From positions 1,736,001 through 1,800,000 of the forward strand of contig MU008159.1 of assembly GCA_010909165.1 (NCBI GenBank): DNA of 64,000 nt, given 5' to 3'. Within the stretch, counting starts at the first letter, position 1; the number at the start of each line of letters is the position of its first letter. A program made the translations under genes and the position numbers. The DNA is from Anthoceros angustus (Eukaryota > Plantae > Anthocerotophyta). Positions 39,430 to 50,518 of this stretch are shown here, piece by piece. The notes under the pieces were generated by a model. It searched no databases and was not told the origin of the DNA. It saw nothing but the letters and a program-made list of their open reading frames with translations.

Positions 39430-40627
39430 CTTGCGAGGAATCGGCTATTTGGATTTAATATTTTCGTCTCCTAGAAGTACCTCTCTCGATTGGGCGTGTG
39501 AGTCAGCTTGGAGAACAGGTGGCTGGTCGTTGCGGATGTGGGCGGTGGCACATGTCAAGATACCACCCTGGTCTTCTGTGGCTGGGTCTTTGAAGCCGAG
39601 CAGCGGTAAGTATCTTCACTGTCTTGGCTTCCTCAGACTTGCCTTTACTTGACGCGCTTCATGATGCAGCGAAGGCTAGGCTTTTAAGGCTCCCCAGCTT
39701 TCTTCTTTCGGCACTCCCACGCCCAGTGGCCGGGAGTTCCGCACCAGTTACAGTTGCCCGTCCGGCGTGGGGGTGCAGAGGACGACTCACCCTTGGAGGT
39801 AGTGGCCTGCTTCCCTTTAGCTTTCCCGGGCTTGAACCGAGCTGCGAGCGCCTTATCCGCCTTGGGCTTGGACCCGCCTGCAGAATTAAGGCGACTTTGC
39901 TCATGTTGGTACAATGCTCCAATAATTTCCTCCACTGTCAGAGAGGAGGTGGAGCCGGTGGTGCCGCGAGTTGACATCAGCATCAGGCTGGTGACAAAAT
40001 GTTGATAAGAACCCGGGAGGCTCATAAGGAGTTGAGCGGCGGCGTCAGTCTCGGTCATCGTCGAGCCGAGAGAAGCTAGCTGCCCTCGCAGCTGTCGGAA
40101 TTTAGATGTATGTGCCGCCACCATGTCTGACTCCTTCATCTTCAGTGCATTGAATTCCTGCCTAACCTTTGTAGAGGTCAGGACATCAACATTATATGTC
40201 TTGGAGAGAGTTGGTTCGGATCGCGGAAGCTCTTCGAATTATGCTTGGATAGCGGAGTCGAGGCGATGAGGAGGGCGATGGCGATCCCATTTAGGTATTC
40301 CCACTTCTCGATACTCGGCCAGCGGTGGGGATAGAAGTGAGGCGGCGGGTGAGTCGCCATCCACCGACCTTCCGAACGCCTCTGTGATCGGCATGGACTT
40401 CATCCGGACCGCCATCTTGGATAGCGGCCCAGTTAGGCCGTTTGTTCCTTTATCTGATCGGTGAAGATGGGTATGGCGCCTGGGGTTGTGGTCGAGGTGC
40501 TACTGGCCATTGAGGTTGTCGTGTTCAAAGAGAGTGAGCTTAATTGCTGAATCAACTGGTCCACAAAGGAATTGTAGCCTGTGGTCATAAAAACGGGCCT
40601 GGGAGTCAACATTAGCTCCTTCCTCAA
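39430..40627 (-). CDS. Copia gag, CCHC knuckle and degenerate protease (frameshifted)
   Basis: ORF 39684-40139: MKESDMVAAHTSKFRQLRGQLASLG...CNWCGTPGHWAWEC. Confidence 0.85.
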
Positions 40628-42671
40628 TAATTATAAGCGAAGAGTTACAACCAGGAGGGAAACAATTGTCGTGAACGACCAGCTGGTGTCAGCGTGCTCC
40701 TAAGAGAACAAAGAAAACAGTCCCCAAAAGCGCTCAAAAGCATCCAAAGTCTTGCAGATTAGGGGCTTGAAGGCTGCCGGGCTCTGGGTCCACTAGTCGA
40801 CGTAGACGATAAACAAGATCCACGAGCTCGTCGGCCGTCCTCTCGAGCTGGGCCCACAAATCCAATTTGTAGTTTGTGGGAGCCGGCGTGTCATGTGATT
40901 CGTGCCTTCACGCGGTCTGCGTACTAATGTTGGTGGGAGTCCATGAACTCGTGAGCGAGGAAGCTCCTTTCTGCAGAGAGAACAAGTGTGGAGAGGGGGA
41001 GCCCAAAGTATTATAATAGTAAAAGGCCAGTTGTTGGGTCAAAACCCCCTCACACCGCACGAGGGCACTGTTGAACAGACCTGCGCACGGGCGCACCGCA
41101 CCTGCCCCGTCGCCAGCGTCGCGCCCGTAACCCTTATAAACAGCTTTGCCGCGCTTGCTGCGCCGCCAACGCCCGCTGCGGGTGGCCCATATCTCGAGGC
41201 CGCGGTCCCGGTGACGCATACTGCCCGTACTCGCGCGGTCGGATCCGGGATGCGCTTCCTCTCACGCCAGCTTCACGCTGCACGGCTACGCACGGATCTC
41301 TCCGATCTTGAAGAATGCCCTCGGCCCGCAGCAGTAGGCATTCGGGCCTCAAAATTGGAGGAGGGCGCTCGAATTCCGCCAACCAGGTGCTGGGATTGAG
41401 GATTCAGAGGGGGGCGCCTCCTGCCCATCAGCAAAATACTTCCGTCTTGAGGTGCCCTGTGCTCTTGCTTCTGGTGATCGCCTATGGGCATCTAGATCCT
41501 GTCTGGGGCTGGAGGCCGAGATGCACATGCGTTTGTGGGCTGAGCCCCGGTCCTCCTCGCAAGATGCACGTGGTTTCCTAATTGGCTGAAGTTGCTAGAT
41601 TGTTTGCAGCAAATGCCGCAGAAGGGAGGCCTCGGTTGGGGAATTCGTAGAGGGCCTCGCCTCGCCCGCCTCTTCCGGCCTTGGATGGCTGGGCTACGGA
41701 GACGGTGGCGGGCGGGCGCGCCGTCTTGCCGTGATGCCGCGATCGGGCACATGCAATTCTTGCTCACGGTGTAGATCTCCTAGCCATCTTGCGGTGATTT
41801 GGCCTTGACGGGCTCAGGGAAAAGAGAAGAGAGGGAGGCTGAATGCCTCTCCCTTACGTTTCTTTTTAAATCCATGCTTGCCCCGCCTCTACATATCTAA
41901 AAAACATAATTGCTATCCATTATATAGGGAGGTAGAGGGGGCCACAAGCGGAGTTCCCAATCGGAACTCCACGGTGAAGCGCCCCACCCTTGGATCAGTA
42001 CCCAGATGGGGGACCGAATCTAGCACATTTTTGTGTTTTTTTTTTTTGATCCTCTGAGCTACAGGGGATTGCCTGTCCTAGCCATTCTAGGGTGCGACTT
42101 GACTTAGGCTTGGACCTAATTGTCGGACTTGTGTGCAGGACTAGGAGAGGAAGATGCCGTGCATTCGCCATAACGTCTTCCCGGCCATAGTTCTAAACAC
42201 AATAGCTTAGGCTCTGATACCATGTGAACTTTCCAAGTGAAAATGACATGCGTAGGCATGTTTGTGAATATGCTTTACATTGTTGATAGAGGACAAAAGA
42301 AAGTTAGAAGTACAGAAAGTAGGGGTCCATTTTATAGGGGCCCGAGCACCCTTTCGGTAGGGGTGCGACCATTCGTAGTAGGCCTAGGGTTAGCTCGAGT
42401 AAATACTAACTAAGGTTATGGGTCGCTTATTCTAGAGGTTTATTCTTAACAGGACGTGAACTGCCTTGTGCTGCAAAACGCTTTAGCCAGAGGGTTGGGT
42501 AATCATGCTCGTAGAGATCCAGCAGTGTAGCTATTGGTACACCTGCCTGTTGTCGGGATGAGGCACCTCCTGTAGTTTGGTGTCTAGGAGGTCCCTGACG
42601 ACACCGTCCTCTACGCGAGCCACCCTGCCTCGGCATTTTCTAGCAATGTCAGCAAAGTGTAGAGCATTTCT

Positions 42672-42889
42672 GCTCTGATACCATGTAAATTATCGGAGCA
42701 CGATCATTTGACAAAAGCCAGAAGGCTTAGACACAACACACACTTGCGTAGCCAAAACAATGAATAATGAATTAATTAAAAAGTCTCATGTGTGTCCATT
42801 AAATACCACATTACCCTAATATGTCAAACGGTATATATATATCTAACTTAACTGGGTTAAGCGCATATAAACAACTTAACCCTTTGACA
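42672..42889 (-). mobile_element. tRNA-Met PBS (42672-42683) and a ~206-bp LTR (42684-42889) of an outer, older LTR element
   Basis: GCTCTGATACCA is directly followed by TGTAAA...TTTGACA. The partner LTR was not found. Confidence 0.7.
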
Positions 42890-44097
42890 AAGAGTCTTGA
42901 ACATGAGCAACGTGCCATCGCTGACAAGGATTTGAGAGAAGGACTGCATATGTTTACTATTCCAGGGTCGGAGAAAGAACGTTACTTTCAAGTGGAAAAA
43001 CGAAACATTCTGGAGATGCGGGGATTCCTTCGGACACGGGCTTATACCCTACTGGTTATGGATGTCCCAAGAGGCTTTGACATTGGTCCCATGGACAGAC
43101 GACTGGACGTAGGCATGATGAGCACAGTTTTCCAAAGCTTCCAAGAGCAGACGTCGGCAGACGAATTTAGGCTCATAGTCATGCTTGGAGTGGAAGAAGC
43201 TCACACGGTGAGAGAGTGCATGTGGGAGGAAGGAAGCTAAAAACCAAGGGCAGCTATGATGCCGAATGTTACGCAGGGGACTTTTAAAAATGGACGATCC
43301 GTCATTACACATGACATTGTGGTGAAAATATTGCCATAGAAGTTGACCTCCGCTGTGCTGGTTATATCCCACAACGCATCCATGGTTTCGAGGTTTTGCT
43401 AGACTGGAAAGAGGAGCTCATATTCGACGCCCACCGGAGAGGAGCAGCACAGTTCTGGGCCAAAGAGGTTTGTATTAGTGAAAAAAAAATGTATGAAGGC
43501 TCAGGTTGTTTCCCTTAGTGCAAGGAGGATGAAAACGCAAACAGGTGACTTGCTGGAGGAAGGACAACAAACCGTGGACAATGTATGGCAGTCTGCGAGT
43601 GGTGGGGATAAGGAGGAAGGAGACAACGAAGATGATGAAGACGCGAAGGCTTTGGTAGAAGCTGACAGCTTCGACGTAGTAGAATTGGAACGCATGCGCC
43701 ACCTGGCAGTTGTTTTAGACTCAGAAGCCACCCAAGCCCAATATGAGTCTCAGATCAGTCCGCATGAGGGATCTTTGTAGAGGGAAGACTTTTTTCTAAG
43801 GAACAGAAGAGGTTTTTGAAACTGTGAGATCTTGATTTCCTTTCAGTACTTGAGAAACCATAGCCGTGGGCAAGGAAGTTACTGGGCTGGCGCCGGCCAG
43901 CCGTCGCCAACAAAGACCTTTTTGTTTCATGCAATGTTGAATCTGTAGTTTTCCGCGAAGAAGGGTTTCTAGCATGGTGCAGTTGGTTATGGAATCACCA
44001 TAACGCACAATTCCGGAACGGTGTCTTTTTTGTGAAGGGGGTTTTAGAAGTGTGGAAGGGGGTTCGTATATTAACCCCCTTCTAGGATTATCATGTT
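42890..44097 (+). mobile_element. Right part of a relative of the AAC...GTT TIR family, with coding remnants
   Basis: Ends ...AAGGGGG...CCCCCTTCTAGGATTATCATGTT, like the copy 1 right end. ORF pieces at 42821-43240 and 43478-43780. Confidence 0.5.
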
Positions 44098-44883
44098 TCT
44101 TTCTATACCCTCATAGCCAAGATTCTCGTTGAGGATGGTAGTCTTGTCAATGTAGTTGGCAAGGGATTCGGAATCATCTTGGTAAAGGTCTAACAAGTGG
44201 TTGTTGTCACAATCCAGGCAGGCGGGCAGGCTCTTGGCTTGTGCAAGCTTGTGCAAGCCGTGTTCACACAGGACCTTACCCTACCAGTTATGTTCCCTAC
44301 TGGGGGAAACTTCTAAGTTTCTATTCATAATTCCTTGCATCACTACAGTTCATGTTGAATCGAAACGAAACCAAATTTGGTGTAGCTCCGGAGGCCCAAA
44401 CTTTTGGGTTCCAAACTTTTGGGTTCCATTTGTTGGTAAGGATCTTTTGGCACATGGCGAGATAGACTCTACGCAAGAGTGTCTTTTTCCCTCCGCACTT
44501 GTACCTCAATACAGATCTAACACAAGTACATACTTCAAGAGAGAACGCATCCCAAGGCTTCGGATAAGAACAGCGTCAACTGTACTAGCACACCCAGTAA
44601 AATTTTGGTGACAGGGAGAGAGGGGATGGGACGTCTTGTCTCCTAGGAAGCAAAGCTATTACTTCCTCAGACTTCCGGCCTCCCAGCTTAAGACTTAGTC
44701 CACTACCTTGATGCTTATCCCCTCTTTATTCAATCCTAAGACTTAGTCGACTATGTCGCGCTACTGGCTGCATAGCGTTCAAGACACACGGAAAAATTAT
44801 GTGGAGAGCGTTCATAATGATCCGCACCCAAAACAAACCCACACACGTGATGCTCATCTTAAGACTGTTCAAAACTGCCAATG

Positions 44884-45356
44884 GCAAAATTTCATTTCAG
44901 CTTGGATGTAGGATCCAACTCGCTCACCCACACTTCCCAAGAGCTGTCGCTGTCCAAGGAAACTTCGTTATGCTACGTTGGGATCCGTATGGCTGCTCCT
45001 AGAACAAACATAAGCAATCCGCCCGCTGCTCAGACTACTTGCTATCTTATACTGCCTAAGTGCTTGGCGCGCCTTCTCGCCGAATCACAGTTTCGCGCCG
45101 CCTTTGACACCCTCACGAAAAGGCGGCGATGCCTCCGAACGCTGGCTCTCAATTCAGCAATTACGGTGATCACGATTTTGACACCCGCCACCCACACGCG
45201 ATTTGTGGCCATCCTCGAACTCACGATGCATGTTCAGCATTGCATGCACATGCATGCATGCATGCCCACCATGCATGCATGTCCATAGCGGACATACATA
45301 CCACATTCATGCACATGCATGCACCCACATACCCTTCACGACACAACACGGTGTCA
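44884..45356 (-). repeat. 3' LTR (homologous span) with a CATGCA array
   Basis: Aligns by eye with 59668-60174. The left boundary is uncertain. Confidence 0.8.
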
Positions 45357-45624
45357 TGGCGGTTGTCGCTCGGGCGCATAGCGTTCAAGACACACGGAAA
45401 AATTATGTGGAGAGCGTTCATAATGATCCGCTACTTTGGCCCATTGGCGATTTTGAAAGTCTTAAGATGGCATCGGTGTAGCGGTTTGCCATTGCTGCTT
45501 GGGCATCATATCCCATAAAACCTTCTATAGAACGCGAAACATACTATCACGAAGTTGTGAGAAGGCGTTCATGCTCGTTCACAGCCAATAAAGCGCCACC
45601 GCCTCTCTTGAGGTCGATATTCGA

Positions 45625-46188
45625 TCACTTGTGCCTTTCCCACTGCCGTTCTGCGGCTCGGTGGCGAGCCATAAGTTCTTCTTCCTCATCACTGTCAAGC
45701 TCCGTCTTGACTCTGGCCATCTGTGGCCCATTCAAGCCATTCACGTAGTACTGCTTCTCGATACATTGGGTGCGTAAATAATCACCTACGTTGTTGTTGA
45801 GCAAGTACCAGCACTCGGTTGTAGGCTCATCCCATTCTAGAATTCCTGTCCGCAAGCAAGCAAACAGGCGGTAAAAAGCTCTGGGGTAGCCTATGGCGTA
45901 CCGTCCTGCTTTCTCCCGATGTAAATGACTAAGCCACACTTTCAAACTGCGCAAATCTGCAGGTTTCTCCTGTTGCTTATACACCAGAAACCCTTCCTTG
46001 GGCCAGTGATCAAACACCTGATGCATAAAGAGGTGATGCTCCAATTTGCGAAATGCCCCTTCACAGTAGCTAGTCCACACGAACGTTTGCCTATTCATTC
46101 CCCTCCCTGCAAGTTCAAACAAATCCTTGTGGTCATATGGAAAATTTTTGACCTTGCAAGTCTCATGATGAGACTCCACATACGACAA
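45625..46188 (-). CDS. Uncharacterised 187-aa extra ORF between the integrase/PHD and the 3' LTR
   Basis: Uninterrupted ORF with globular composition and an acidic tail (DSDEEEE). No family recognised. Confidence 0.55.
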   Translation of the reverse strand: MSYVESHHETCKVKNFPYDHKDLFELAGRGMNRQTFVWTSYCEGAFRKLEHHLFMHQVFDHWPKEGFLVYKQQEKPADLRSLKVWLSHLHREKAGRYAIGYPRAFYRLFACLRTGILEWDEPTTECWYLLNNNVGDYLRTQCIEKQYYVNGLNGPQMARVKTELDSDEEEELMARHRAAERQWERHK

Positions 46189-47002
46189 AATGCACCTGTA
46201 ATTCCGTGAATGTCTCGGCCGTTACGGTTTACGGTGATATTTGCGAACCAGAGGAGTACGCCACTTATCTTCCCATGGCCGCTCAGGAAATTGGGGCACA
46301 CTATGATGCATCCTGCGGAAGCAGGTCTTACATGTGTGATCTGCTTCCAGATCCATTGTCAAAGCTCTACACCACACCACAGTCTCCTGCCGTTAGTCGC
46401 GATGTCACAATTCCCACCCGCTCTGCCAGCATGCAGGTGAAGACTTCGTCAGTGGCTTTTTCTACGGCATCGCCAACCCGTTGGTGTCGGCCAACCTACA
46501 GTCACCCGGGAACAACCGTGCTCACAAGGGCGCGATTGTCGTGCGACAGAGGCTCTCAACTCCACCAGGGTTATGAGCTTGTCTTCTCATCAGAATCGGA
46601 AGCGCGACCTCAATCCACAGATGACCAGCAAATCACCTTGATGCAAGGATGCCACGCTTGCGATCAGTTCCTCACGATGCGGATGCCCGATCGCGGCGTT
46701 GTTGTGCCCACTGTCGACCTCCTATCGCCGCCCACCTTGTCTTTGTTGGCCCAATTCGCGATGCTTAGTTTGCGCTCCATCACGTGTGCCTCACCAGTGC
46801 CTTAGTGCGGAACCTCTCTGACTATTTCTACACTGATAACCTAACCCTTTGCCTGAACAAGTATGACCCCGTTTCTGCGGTAGGGCTTCAAACACTCATA
46901 TCTGTTGTATTGCCATCATCCAAAAACACCTTTGTTACTACCCCACTCATGCTCCTGTGCTGCCCGCGCGGCTTGCGAACGGGCTCTTTGCACAGGTAGA
47001 CC

Positions 47003-48200
47003 CTATTGGGTCGTGGTTGACGAACTTGCAACATTCATGAGGCACCCGCCTGGCCCCCCAGCCACTTGATTTGCTTGTGGATGAGCACACCGGTGGCAGA
47101 ACCATTCACCGTCTGGAATTGTTCTGAGTGGCGGTCGCAAGCAAAAAACGTGGTACCCTCCGTTGCATTTGTCACAAAGCAACATCACCGGGATCGATGC
47201 GTGACCGCAGAACTCACAAGGCGGATCAATCGGTGGTTTCCATGCTGCGGTTGCGTTCTTGTGTCGAGATTGGGCAAGTGGCACGGTGCCGGTGTCGCAT
47301 GTGCTCTTTGCACGAACAAGTATGACCCGTTTACTGCGGTAGGGCTTCAAACACTCATATCATTGTATTGCCATCATCCAAAACATCTTTGTTACTACCC
47401 CACTCATGCTCAGCTGCGGCTTGCGAACGGGTCTTCTGAGATAGACCCTATTGGGTCGTGGTTGGCGAACTTGCAGCATTCATGAGGCACCCACCTGGCC
47501 CCCCAGCCACTTGATTTGCTTGTGGATGAGCACACCGGTGGCAGAACCATTCACCGTCTGGAATAGTTCTGAGTGGCGGTCGCAAGCAAAAAACGTGATA
47601 CCCTCCGTTGCATTTGTCACAAAGCAACATCAGCTCAGGATCAGTAACGTGACCGCAGAACTCACAAGGCAGATCAATCGGTGGTTTCCATGCCTGCGGT
47701 TGCGTTCTTGTGTCGAGATTGGGCAAGTGGCACGGTGCCGGTGTCGCATGTGCTCTTTGCACGAACAAGTATGACCCGTTTACTGCGGTAGGGCTTCAAA
47801 CACTCATATCATTGTATTGCCATCATCCAAAACATCTTTGTTACTACCCCACTCATGCTCAGCTGCGGCTTGCGAACGGGTCTTCTGAGATAGACCCTAT
47901 TGGGTCGTGGTTGACGAACTTGCAACATTCATGAGGCACCCGCCTGGCCCCCCAGCCACTTGATTTGCTTGTGGATGAGCACACCGGTGGCAGAACCATT
48001 CACCGTCTGGAATTGTTCTGAGTGGCGGTCGCAAGCAAAAAACGTGGTACCCTCCGTTGCATTTGTCACAAAGCAACATCAGCTCAGGATCAGTAACGTG
48101 ACCGCAGAACTCACAAGGCGATCAATCGGTGGTTTCCATGCGGTTGCGTTCTTGTGTCGAGATTGGGCAAGTGGCACGCCGTGTGTCGCATGCTCTTGCA
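47003..48200 (-). CDS. PHD finger at the integrase C-terminus, three near-identical copies
   Basis: CEFCGHVTDPELMLLCDKCNGGYHVFCLRPPLRTIPDGEWFCHRC is a complete C4HC3 pattern (ORFs 47003-47350, 47448-47768, 47897-48079). Confidence 0.92.
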
Positions 48201-49374
48201 CCGACGCCCATCTTGCCCTTCCAACTCAATCACCCTTGCTCACCGACGTGGACTACTCGCAAGATCAAGCGTCCGGTGCTCACATCTAAAGTAGTTGAGG
48301 GTCGATCTGCGAGTAAACGAGTGCCGCCTCAAACTTCCTTGCTTTGGGTTTCAGATCCTCCACAGTGAATGCATATCAGTTGGTCCCGATGTTGGGCTAT
48401 AGCAAGATTATCCATGGCCATTGGCATCACACGTTGAACGACTTTGCTCTTGCTTGCAATTCGACAAACATCCCATAGGATCCTGTGCCCAGTCCACGGG
48501 CTTGGAGTAAGTGTCTGCTACTATGTTTGGCATGATTGCATTTCGGCCAAACATGATGTAGTAGGGACTGAAGTTACCAAGCGCGGCTTGCACACTGATT
48601 CGGTATCCTAGAGCTACATAAGGCAATAGCTCGTCCCAGCAACTGGGCTCTATCTCCATACAATATTTGCGCAGAGAGTCCTTGAAGGTCTGGACTAAAC
48701 GCTCCGCCAACCCATCAGCCTGCGGGTGATCCCGGGAGGTTCGTCTGTGATCTATCAGACTTCGATCCAGCAGTGCTTGAAACTCTCCTCGAAACTCATT
48801 GCCTTGGTCCGTCAACACCTCAGCACAGCTACCGTATCTGCTGAGAACACATTGCAAAAACGCCCGTGCGGTATATTGCGAACCGATTGGCGAAGGCCAA
48901 CTCCACCCGCCAATGTTCGATCATCAACATGCAATGTCTGTTGCCTGCAGTGGTAGTAGTTCGGCATTAGATCGGCAGACCATCGAAGAAAAGTCCACGA
49001 TGGGTAGCGAATGCAACACCACATCTTGGCTGGAGAATCTGGCCTTTACTGCATCACACGGCACATTTGGCCACCACCTTTTCAACGTCTGCATACATAC
49101 CCGACCAAAAGTACGCATTTTTCAACATATGATGAGTCCGCTTCACTCCAAAGTGGCCAAGCGTGACATGTACCTTGGTCACCAATTGCCTCCTCTCTCC
49201 TATGGGTGGTACTTCCTTGAGCACTCCACGATCCGTGACCCACACCTTACCGTTTTCATAAGTGTAACGAACGATTTTCCGTTGTAGTTTTTGCAGCGCT
49301 GAGGCATCCATACCAGTGACCTGTCCATCCGTGGCGTAGTAGCTCATTCTTCCATATGTCTCTTCCTCCCTCAT
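48200..49374 (-). CDS. Gypsy integrase (H2C2 zinc-binding domain and DDE core), frameshifted
   Basis: VHVTLGHFGVKRTHHML...FWSGMYADVEKVVAKC; EVLTDQGNEF...HPQADGLAERLVQTFK. Confidence 0.93.
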
Positions 49375-49437
49375 TGCCTTCCATCTTCCTTACGTAGACA
49401 TCAGGCCATGTAATAAGCGGGCATGCTTTGAATGAGT

Positions 49438-50515
49438 TTAAAGTCTGCCTTGCTCCATCCACATCTCCTTTGTCGCACATTGGGTTTCTCTCCCGTCGGC
49501 ATTGAGATGTACTTTACCCGCTCGATGCACAATCTGCATATCATACTCTGAAAGTAAAAGCACCCATCTGGCAAGTTTCCCACTCAATTTCATGTTTGTC
49601 ATCAGCCAGTGAAGGGGCTGATGATCTGTGATCAGTTGAAAGCTCCGACCAAACAAATACACTCTGAAATGTAAAACCGCCCAAACTGCAGCCAGGCATT
49701 CCCCTTCATACGATGAGTAGTTTGCTTCCGCAGCATTGTTGGACCTACTTGCATATGCGACAACTCGCTCCTTTCCTTCTTCACCTGTCTGGGCCAGCAC
49801 AGCTCCAAGACCAGCCGCACTCCAGTCCGTATATAAGACAAACGGCTTATCAAAATCAGGCCTTTTGAGCATTGGCCTTTCCGCTAGCTGGTTCTTCAAC
49901 TCCTGCCAAGCCTGTTCCTGTGCTTGTCCCCATCGCCAAGGCACTCCCTTCTTGAGCAATTCATACAGTACCTTGCATATGCTGCTCATGTTTCGGACAA
50001 ACCGGCGGTAGTAATTGACAAGTCCCAGAAATGCCCTTCAAGGCGGCAATGTCTCTAGGCCGGGGCATGAGATCAATTGCCCGCACCTTGGCCAGCTGAG
50101 GCAACACCCCACCTGGAACTATCTTATGTCCCAGGTATTCTATCTCCTTGTAAGCAAACTTGCACTTCTTTGGGTGTGCCTTCAACCCTGACTTGGCCAA
50201 TCTTTGCAGCAAAACCTCAAGGTGTTGGAGATGTTCTTCCAGGCTGTCACTGAACACTAAGATGTCGTCGATGTAACATCTTACAAACGATACCCCTCAG
50301 AATTCCAAATCACCACACGAAATAAATGGATGCGTTTTCAAACCAAATGGCATTGTTTCCCACTCCCATACCGGGTCCTTACCCCAAAACGCGGTCTTGC
50401 ACTTGTCTCTTTCTTCGATGACTATTTGATTGAATCGACCGAAATCCAATGTAGTGAAATACTTGGCTCATCAATGGCATCAAAGATTTCATCCGGCGTT
50501 GGCATGGGATATCGC
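49438..50515 (-). CDS. Gypsy RT (C-terminal part) and RNase H
   Basis: RYPMPTPDEIFDAID; YIDDILVFSDSLEEHLQHL; FVLYTDWSAAGLGAVL...YEGECLAAVW...LITDHQPL. Confidence 0.95.
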
Positions 50516-50518
50516 TCC

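Larger units (their letters stand above)
35979..42451 (-). mobile_element. Full-length Ty1/Copia with 5-bp TSD GGACG; LTRs 35979-36212 and 42223-42451
   Basis: TSD at 35974-35978 and 42452-42456. TG...CA LTRs of ~230 bp. Met PBS (plus-strand GCTCTGATACCA) at 42211-42222 and PPT next to 36212. Confidence 0.95.

Noticed and set aside
44071-44600. Coding-like minus-strand fragment (CLDCDNNHLLDLYQDD...)
   Set aside because: Short, unassignable and cut by a TIR end.
47003-48200. Triple tandem PHD as a genuine multi-reader module
   Set aside because: The copies include identical flanks and differ by indels, like the other probable assembly duplications. One PHD is the safer reading.
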